Positions 11,101-16,569 of a stretch of 64,000 nt of DNA are shown here, in pieces; positions within the stretch are counted from its first letter, which is position 1, and every line of letters starts with the position of its first letter. A program made the position numbers and the translations under genes. The stretch lies in the IMG/VR virus record IMGVR_UViG_3300042695_002264, positions 64,001 through 128,000 of that record; one strand, given 5' to 3'. The notes under the pieces are model-generated. The model was given only the letters and a program-made list of their open reading frames with translations. It was not told the DNA's origin and ran no database searches. Source of the DNA: a virus.

Positions 11101-11309
11101 CAAGATACAGAAAAGTTTCCACTAGCATATGGAACAGGTGGGCTAAAAAGGGCTTCAAGACTACGCCCTAATTGAAATACAGCTCCTTGGCCTATTTTTC
11201 CCGATGCAAAAGTAACGCCATTAACGTTTGTTAAAGTGTATCTATTACCTCGACTATCTATTAGATCGTCAAGTTTCCAAAATGCTAGTAAATTTTCTTT
11301 AGGAAACAT
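8133..11309 (-). CDS. Multi-LamG (concanavalin A-like) receptor-binding tail protein
   Basis: 1058 aa; about five LamG modules with FDGxGDY, WxHxAxxR and GYIDxLRITKGVARYT motifs. Confidence 0.85.
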   Translation of the reverse strand: MFPKENLLAFWKLDDLIDSRGNRYTLTNVNGVTFASGKIGQGAVFQLGRSLEALFSPPVPYASGNFSVSCWLKLNTLTNGGKFGADGTVNAFTFGSLTNGTVYIGNNSGNNAIVSSSSGGITTNTWYHLCGVSSNGVVSFYLNGVLIGSNTHTFTSAGKISIAYTYNDNVTDGMFDAVGIWDRPLTLQEVQALYNNGNGLEPEGILFLEDSSTNSLQLTPNGNAKLDTSITKYGGGSAYFDGNGDYIRGNQLFDYSSNFTIEGWVYRTGSGSLGTIFEAGDIQPGQGGVHFYIDGDGTFVLNDGFTPDFQGGTATLNQWVHFAIVRNNNVNTLYINGTAVGSGNQTYPVTNNIFTIGGAPNYGFYFQGYLDDFRITSGIARYTSNFTPPAQQLPDPSDPHGDNVSLLLHMDGDSYADKSKNNFKLTKYGNTKISTSTYKYGGGSVSFDGSGDYLASSFNEAFQFPGDFTVEMWYYPLSLSTNQCLYDATLPNQNSTRSDGFAIAVDSSGQLYFFHNGTPTNASSHPIINTWNHIAVSRSGSSLKVFLNGISVISLTNSVNFSRGGVLISTITETIGSYTINGYIDDLRVTKGVARYTTTFTPPATQLPSNINDDPNFNNVSLLLNFNPAPFTDSSANNFALTAYGNAQIDTAIKKFGSGAALFDGNGDYLEIAGNSTFNFYNTNYTVEMWVFSAASQSGGALITTRLAGIYSPWELQITSSNKIGLLIQNGSSSWYQPFGGAPIVGNATIPQNQWTHIAWVRNGANTTVYVNGVADSGLTNLNIPILQSHSLPSNIYIGRGGDGSFNGYIDELRITKGVARYTANFVPQTAPFANPVSEIPRNGLLVRFNADSGISESGGNITSWTDQQNGVVATAFNNPTLLTNEFNGRKAVSFNGSNTYFTFTFPTPISNGAPRTFVVIGRYNNPATTGQKGYLNSTSGDLCYVFKNANEDRGYYYTEARQIAGPTAASSSSLANYHVQTVVHNGIPNSNFIRINGVTSYNISYGTMNNLPQLTNIVIGGRGTPDEILPGQIVEILIYNRELSSEEITQIETYANI

Positions 11310-11317
11310 ATTATATT

Positions 11318-12982
11318 TTAATTAAAGTGAAGTAGTAAAGTAACATAGTCCGAATATGGATCGGCTCCTGTTGTAATCGGTGGAACTTCAAGAATTGAGA
11401 ATGTTCCACTAGCCAAGCCACTACCGCCACTGTTAACGGCTGTAAGGTAGAATGTATAATTTCCAGTTTCATTGAATGTATAAGTTATTACACTCTGATC
11501 AAACTCTGGGGCGGAATCTCCGCTAACGTTCCAGTACCAGTGATCAACTGGCGAAAATTCAGCTGGAGTTTGTAGATTTATCCCTGTAAATGAGAGAGTC
11601 AATGGGGCAAATCCAGAGATGCTTGAAGTGGAAATTGCTGGTATTGGTGGAAGTGGGTTAAATACATTGATAAATCTATTCTCAACATCAAATCCAGCTG
11701 CGTTCGACCCAGAAAGTGTTACATTATAAATTCCAGTTTGTAAGTATGTATAATTAATAGTTTGACCAGTTACTACATATCCATTTCCAGTGTTTAGATT
11801 CCAGTACCATTCATCAACTGGCGCTTGTGCTGGATCAAGCAAGTTAACCCCCGTGAGAGCGATAGAGAATGGAACGATTCCACTCAATGATGCGCCCGTA
11901 ATGGCAATCGATGGCGGTAAGAATAGTGGTACATTATGTATTGGCATTGGATAAATTCTCCAACCAATATTATTTTGTGTTGTATAAATTAACTTAATTA
12001 GCCCATGACGGACATTGCATTCTAACTTGTCTTTTTTCTGCTCAATATAATTTCCATTATTATCAATAACTAATGGATTAATATGCCAAGTGCCAGCACT
12101 GTCATAAAGCTCAATCTCGTCGCCCTTTTGAGGATTGGCTGGTAAAATTCCAGTTACAAGCCCTGAAAATGTATCAAATGAATAACGATTATTAGAAAGT
12201 AAATTAACAACCCCACTGGCTGGAAAATATCTAAAGTTGGCACTTCCAGCAGCTTCGCCGCTTAGTAGAACGCCAGTTCCATTAACCGTTGGTCTATTAG
12301 TAAAATTTGCAATGCCACTCAATATGGATAATGGTGCAAAGCCAGGTGCTCCGCCACCATATTGAAAACTACCACTAGCCTCACCCCCCATCATTTTTAT
12401 AGCTAGCACTTCCTCTTCGTTTATGAGTAGCCCCAATTCGCCGCCATATAGGTCATCCCCTATTGTTACTATTGAGCCAAAATTGACTCCAAAATTTGTT
12501 GCGGAATTTTTAAATGCTTTTCTACCGCTAATATCTTGATTGCCAGTGGTATAAACTATTGTGCTTGGTAGACTAGCCGCTTCCCCACTTAATAGTACGC
12601 CAGTTCCATTAACGGTTGGGCGATTTAAAAATTGTCCGCTTGTTTTTGTGACATAATTTGATAGATTAACCCCTGTAATATAACCACTAGGATTGTCTCT
12701 GGTATAATAATTAGATAAATCAACTAAAAAATTACCTTCTCCGCTTAATAATACTCCTGTCCCATTAACTGTTGGGCGAGTAATGAAATTTTTTATACCA
12801 AATATATTTTGATCTCCAGTTGTTAAAACAGCATTTTGCGCACTATCAATTACTACGTGCCCAACCTGTCCATTTACAGATAAGACAGATTGACTCCCAA
12901 CAACAATATCAACCGTTATATCTTCACTGTATGGATCTGGCGTTACTACAATAACTTCCTGATCTGAATTTTCTAAAATCAT
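11318..12982 (-). CDS. Tail fibre protein with two PKD-like Ig domains
   Basis: SVNGQVG start, three RPTVNGTGVLLSGE repeats, T4 gp9/10-like LPANPQKGDEIELYD segment, WYWN...YTY..TGxYxVTL PKD motifs. Confidence 0.75.
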   Translation of the reverse strand: MILENSDQEVIVVTPDPYSEDITVDIVVGSQSVLSVNGQVGHVVIDSAQNAVLTTGDQNIFGIKNFITRPTVNGTGVLLSGEGNFLVDLSNYYTRDNPSGYITGVNLSNYVTKTSGQFLNRPTVNGTGVLLSGEAASLPSTIVYTTGNQDISGRKAFKNSATNFGVNFGSIVTIGDDLYGGELGLLINEEEVLAIKMMGGEASGSFQYGGGAPGFAPLSILSGIANFTNRPTVNGTGVLLSGEAAGSANFRYFPASGVVNLLSNNRYSFDTFSGLVTGILPANPQKGDEIELYDSAGTWHINPLVIDNNGNYIEQKKDKLECNVRHGLIKLIYTTQNNIGWRIYPMPIHNVPLFLPPSIAITGASLSGIVPFSIALTGVNLLDPAQAPVDEWYWNLNTGNGYVVTGQTINYTYLQTGIYNVTLSGSNAAGFDVENRFINVFNPLPPIPAISTSSISGFAPLTLSFTGINLQTPAEFSPVDHWYWNVSGDSAPEFDQSVITYTFNETGNYTFYLTAVNSGGSGLASGTFSILEVPPITTGADPYSDYVTLLLHFN

Positions 12983-13335
12983 TATTCTGTAACATCAGTA
13001 ATATCTTGATAAACGGATACGTCTCCGCGAACATATGTTCTTACCACATTGCCAGACATTAATTGCAAATCATAACCATATGTACTTGCATTTATTTCCA
13101 TTTGCTCCCCAGGCTTTGGCAGCATTGTTACTGCGTTGCCAGATATTGACATTGTATTATCAATGGTGTCCCATGCAGCAACAACTTCATTTGTTCTTTT
13201 ATTTCTAAATTGAACTGATGCTCGCACACCACTTAGCGGTATTCCGCTTCCACTAACATCAGTAAATTTAAAAATTATTGGACCGTAACTATCGCCACGA
13301 TATGCGTCTGGTAAATTGTAAATTGCTGGTATCAT
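12982..13335 (-). CDS. BppU-like baseplate/fibre adaptor
   Basis: YRGDS...PLSG...YDLQL..G.VRTYVRG.V.V pattern; heads the fibre operon. Confidence 0.65.
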   Translation of the reverse strand: MIPAIYNLPDAYRGDSYGPIIFKFTDVSGSGIPLSGVRASVQFRNKRTNEVVAAWDTIDNTMSISGNAVTMLPKPGEQMEINASTYGYDLQLMSGNVVRTYVRGDVSVYQDITDVTE

Positions 13336-13373
13336 AAGAGTAAAAATGTATTAAGATATAATTTCTTAATTAA

Positions 13374-13379
13374 TTACAC
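13374..13379 (-). promoter_or_regulatory. Putative phage late promoter element GTGTAA
   Basis: Same hexamer at 541-546, 6174-6179, 16563-16568 and 31699-31704, each in a short intergenic gap upstream of a minus-strand unit. Confidence 0.6.
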
Positions 13380-13423
13380 CGTTTTTTACTCTAAATACGC
13401 CACTTAAAATAAATATTTTAATA

Positions 13424-13511
13424 CGGTGAGAGAGAGATTCGAACTCTCGGTAGACTTTTGGCCTACGGGACTTTAGCAAAGTCCTGCCTTAAACCGCTCG
13501 GCCATCTCACC
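13424..13511 (-). tRNA. tRNA-Ser(GCT)
   Basis: Cloverleaf: GGTGAGA acceptor, anticodon arm GGACT-TTGCTAA-AGTCC, long variable arm, GTTCGAATC; no encoded CCA. Confidence 0.95.
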
Positions 13512-13537
13512 TAATAGCTAATAGCTAATAGCTAATA
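13511..13537. repeat. Tandem heptamer (CTAATAG) x ~3.9
   Basis: ctaatagctaatagctaatagctaata. Confidence 0.9.
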
Positions 13538-13552
13538 TTTTTTTATAAAAAA

Positions 13553-13987
13553 TGGTGGAGGTGAGGGGAGTTGAACCCCTGTCCAATTAATTTACATTAA
13601 AAATTCTACATGTTTATGTGTTTTTGGCGTTTGATTGGCTAAAGGCCACCTTGGCAACACAAGCCTAACTTTTAAAGCCTGCCTATGCAGAGAACGTTCT
13701 GCATAACGCCCAACAATTATTTTTACAATTAAGTTGGCTTGGTAAACCTATTGCGTTTCCAATGCTTTTAATAGGATCCAGACATTGGTTCTTAGGCTGC
13801 TAAGAGCATTTCGTCCTCAACGCCAGCGAGAAACTCGTCAGCGTTGTTGAAGATATACTCGGCTTCAGCCAAGATATCAGAAGTATTATCTTCTGCGTTT
13901 AGTTTTTAATCGATTTTTAACGAGGCCGTCGATCAACCTCGACATGCATTTTTAATTTCAACTAGCTGTCGAAACCAATACACCCCC
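13553..13987 (-). ncRNA. ssrA: tmRNA; tag AEDNTSDILAEAEYIFNNADEFLAGVEDEMLLAA at 13896-13792
   Basis: 5' GGGGGTGTATTGGTTTCGAC and 3' GACAGGGGTTCAACTCCCCTCACCTCCACCA; G3-U pair; GCA resume codon after TAAAC; tag ends LAA-stop. Confidence 0.95.
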
Positions 13988-13995
13988 CCAAAAAG

Positions 13996-14071
13996 TGGAG
14001 CCTGAGGTCGGACTCGAACCGACGACCACGCGATTACAAATCGAGCGCTCTACCAACTGAGCTACACAGGC
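13996..14071 (-). tRNA. tRNA-Thr(TGT)
   Basis: Cloverleaf, loop TTTGTAA, CCA encoded; one mismatch each in acceptor and anticodon stems. Confidence 0.9.
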
Positions 14072-14079
14072 ATAAAAAT

Positions 14080-14153
14080 TGGAGCGGAATGAGAGAATCG
14101 AACTCTCGTTACCTGCTTGGAAGGCAGAAGTTTTACCATTAAACTAATCCCGC
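14080..14153 (-). tRNA. tRNA-Gly(TCC)
   Basis: GCGGGAT acceptor, loop CTTCCAA, U73-CCA. Confidence 0.95.
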
Positions 14154-14157
14154 AAAA

Positions 14158-14230
14158 TCGGGCAGAGAGGACTCGAACCTCCGGTACCCTGCTCCCAAAG
14201 CAGGTGCCATAGCCACTAGGCGACTGCCCG
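14158..14230 (-). tRNA. tRNA-Pro(TGG)
   Basis: CGGGCAG acceptor, CCTGC-TTTGGGA-GCAGG. Confidence 0.95.
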
Positions 14231-14235
14231 TTAAA

Positions 14236-14329
14236 TGGTGGTTGATGTGGGAATCGAACCCACGCTCGGCCCTCATCTAGGGCACACAGTTTATAAAACT
14301 GTCGATGCTTCCAATTACATTAATCAACC
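14236..14329 (-). tRNA. tRNA with TAT (Ile) anticodon and long variable arm
   Basis: GGTTGAT/ATCAACC acceptor, ACAGT-TTTATAA-ACTGT, V-arm GCCCT-AGATG-AGGGC, CCA. Confidence 0.9.
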
Positions 14330-14336
14330 ATAAAAT

Positions 14337-14423
14337 TGGTAGCGGGGGTGGGATTTGAACCCACGAGGCCAAAGGGCGGTACGTTATGAGCGTACTGAGC
14401 TACCAGACTGCTCGCACCCCGCA
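14337..14423 (-). tRNA. tRNA with CAT anticodon (Met/fMet-like), extended variable arm
   Basis: U1xU72 mismatch, GTACG-CTCATAA-CGTAC, V-arm GCC-CTTT-GGC, TTCAAATC, CCA. Confidence 0.9.
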
Positions 14424-14559
14424 ATTAAAAAATATTAGCTATTATACACAGATTGTGTTGCCCATTTAGCTCAGGGTCGTGGCTTGATTGTTTTTAGGCT
14501 CAAGTCTTAGAAGGCCAATGTCTAGTATGTTCTTACAATTATTGTATTAAAAATCTTCT

Positions 14560-14799
14560 CTATTGTCTAATTTCTTGTTTGGTAACAATTCGTACAGTTA
14601 CCATACCATCATCATGATAAGTAATATCACGGTTAATAATTTGCGCTGTGCCTTTGTATTTTTTGGCATCAGCGAATGCAGTATCAAATGCTTTGCCAGT
14701 TCCGTAATGCACTTGATTGATAACAATATTTTTATCATTACCAATGCAATTAAGTGCTGGGATTAGCAGCAAACAGCTTGCAAAAATAAATGCTTTCAT
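14560..14799 (-). CDS. Small exported protein
   Basis: 79 aa with signal-peptide-like N-terminus; preceded by a sigma70-type promoter. Confidence 0.65.
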   Translation of the reverse strand: MKAFIFASCLLLIPALNCIGNDKNIVINQVHYGTGKAFDTAFADAKKYKGTAQIINRDITYHDDGMVTVRIVTKQEIRQ

Positions 14800-14808
14800 C
14801 GTTTAAGG

Positions 14809-14837
14809 ATGATAGGCTTTATTTATTTAAAAGTCAA
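14809..14837 (-). promoter_or_regulatory. Sigma70-type promoter
   Basis: TTGACT-17 nt-TATCAT. Confidence 0.7.
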
Positions 14838-14845
14838 ACAGAAAA

Positions 14846-14992
14846 TTAATCTTCTTGATCATCAATGCCGTTTTTGGATGACTGATAGTTATCTACGCCA
14901 TCAAAATCATCTTCATCAGTAGCATAAAGATCAATAGAATTAAATTTGTTTAAATTATCGTCATCTTCATTAAGCCAAGATGGATTTAACAT
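14846..14992 (-). CDS. Small very acidic protein (48 aa)
   Basis: Hand-translated MLNPSWLNEDDDNLNKFNSIDLYATDEDDFDGVDNYQSSKNGIDDQED. Confidence 0.55.
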   Translation of the reverse strand: MLNPSWLNEDDDNLNKFNSIDLYATDEDDFDGVDNYQSSKNGIDDQED

Positions 14993-15027
14993 ATTTTATC
15001 TATTAAGATATTGGCAAAATTTAATAA

Positions 15028-15660
15028 TTAACTACCAAATAATTCTTCCTGTGTTGGTAGGTTTTGCCAATTTACAACTTCCTGTTCGCCTTTTTCCTCC
15101 ACAATTTCCTTTGATAACAAACTTGTTACACTGGGTTTAGACCAAAACTTACAACTCCAATAGCGAGCTTTCCATTTAGGACCAGGATTGTCACAGCCAT
15201 GTCTAGCTCTAAAATTGCGCCGTCTTTCTGGATCGTCGCGTTTTATTGACATATTCGGATCACCAAAATTTACTTTGACAATATTTCCCTTGTCATTCTT
15301 TACATAAACAGAAAATTTCTTTGGGCCACCTGGGGTTCTAAATGGCTTATTTAGTTTCTTTTTTGCTTCTTTGGCTTTTACTTCAGAAACTTCTTCTTCT
15401 GATCCGCAATCAAGATCAGCCTCGCATATAGAATAATTAACAACTATTTTTTCTTCTTTGCCTTTTATGCTTTTTTTGATAGAGGTGCGTGATGGTTTTT
15501 TGTCAGTATATGATACTTTTCCACCGCGCCTTTTGTACTCATTTAAAATCCAAAGATTTTTAACATAACTGTTGCCGCTGAATTTTTTGTCAGCAGCTTG
15601 CCTCACTCTCTCATAAAGAGCATTGTCTTTGTATTTTACTGATGCAAGAATGTCATCCAT
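15028..15660 (-). CDS. Basic two-domain phage protein, probably head-associated
   Basis: LYERVRQAADKKF...YKRRGG and FGDPNMSIKRDDPERRRNFRARHGC...ARYWSC modules, both recurrent in large phages; start reassigned to ATG at 15660. Confidence 0.65.
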   Translation of the reverse strand: MDDILASVKYKDNALYERVRQAADKKFSGNSYVKNLWILNEYKRRGGKVSYTDKKPSRTSIKKSIKGKEEKIVVNYSICEADLDCGSEEEVSEVKAKEAKKKLNKPFRTPGGPKKFSVYVKNDKGNIVKVNFGDPNMSIKRDDPERRRNFRARHGCDNPGPKWKARYWSCKFWSKPSVTSLLSKEIVEEKGEQEVVNWQNLPTQEELFGS

Positions 15661-15662
15661 AC

Positions 15663-16547
15663 TTACATTTTTTTGTTTTTTTCGCCCCCGCAACCAGCGT
15701 CATCAATCTCATTCATTTCGACCTCTTCAGTCTCAGATTTATAATTTGATGAACCGCAATTTGGACACTTTTCAGCTTTTTCGCCTTCGTATCCGCAATC
15801 TTCACATTCATATTCGTCTTCTTCTTCGTCTTCCGAAGATTTAATTTTTTTTGCCAAAACTTCTTTTGCTTCGGCTTTATTTTCTTCAACAAACATGATA
15901 TAATTATGAATAGCCAACATATAATCTTCTGTAATGGCTATTTTGCCTTGTAGCCAAGGCTCTGTTAAATTTTCTTTAACCATTGGGCTGTCAATGGCCG
16001 CAATAATATTTTCTGCATGCTTTTTGATAGAATTTAAAGAGCCTAATGACATATGGAAGAAATCCATCTTGTACTCTTCCAAAGAGTCTTCCGAAGCAGT
16101 CAAGTTATGTTCTTTTTTTGTGCTTTCTGGAATAGCATTTACAAATTCTTGACCTTTACTTTTTGCCTTGCGATAAAGTTTTTTAACAAAAGCATCGTAA
16201 CTCATATTGCCGCCCATTCTGCCAAAATTGCTAATAGCATCACGTACATCTTGAGGGCTTACGATTGGAAAACTGCGTGTTTCTGGAAATAAAAAGTCAC
16301 TATCTTTTAGTTCACTGCGTTTTTTACCACCATAAGTTTTTTGTGCAGCTTCGTTAATGATTAAAATTTCATTTCCTTCTGATCCTAAAACAACATCGGC
16401 GCTAGCTTTAGCTTTTTCCCACAGAGAATAGCATACAGCAGCGCGCTGCTTTTGATTTTCAAAATCTTTGCCCATTGTATTGTCACCCATACATCTGGAT
16501 ACAAAGTCACTTTGCTTTTCTTTTCCTTTTGGGCTTGGTAATGGCAT
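15663..16547 (-). CDS. Multi-module phage protein with C-terminal zinc ribbon, probably head-associated
   Basis: MPLPSPK..EKQSDFVSRCM start, RSELKDSDF..PETRSFPI module, CEDC...CPNC. Confidence 0.6.
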   Translation of the reverse strand: MPLPSPKGKEKQSDFVSRCMGDNTMGKDFENQKQRAAVCYSLWEKAKASADVVLGSEGNEILIINEAAQKTYGGKKRSELKDSDFLFPETRSFPIVSPQDVRDAISNFGRMGGNMSYDAFVKKLYRKAKSKGQEFVNAIPESTKKEHNLTASEDSLEEYKMDFFHMSLGSLNSIKKHAENIIAAIDSPMVKENLTEPWLQGKIAITEDYMLAIHNYIMFVEENKAEAKEVLAKKIKSSEDEEEDEYECEDCGYEGEKAEKCPNCGSSNYKSETEEVEMNEIDDAGCGGEKNKKM

Positions 16548-16569
16548 AATTATTAATATTAATTACACC

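Noticed and set aside
11307-11330. Programmed frameshift joining the fibre gene to the LamG gene
   Set aside because: The downstream frame has a TAA at 11324-11322, leaving almost no shift window and no slippery heptamer
1-13335. Diversity-generating retroelement acting on fibre genes
   Set aside because: No reverse transcriptase in the window, and no adenine-specific TR/VR pair was noticed
13511-13537. Tandem repeat as a mini CRISPR array
   Set aside because: 7-bp units with no spacers
14470-14500. ZTP riboswitch (GGGTCGTG start on the plus strand)
   Set aside because: The remaining conserved elements are absent and the orientation is opposite to the genes
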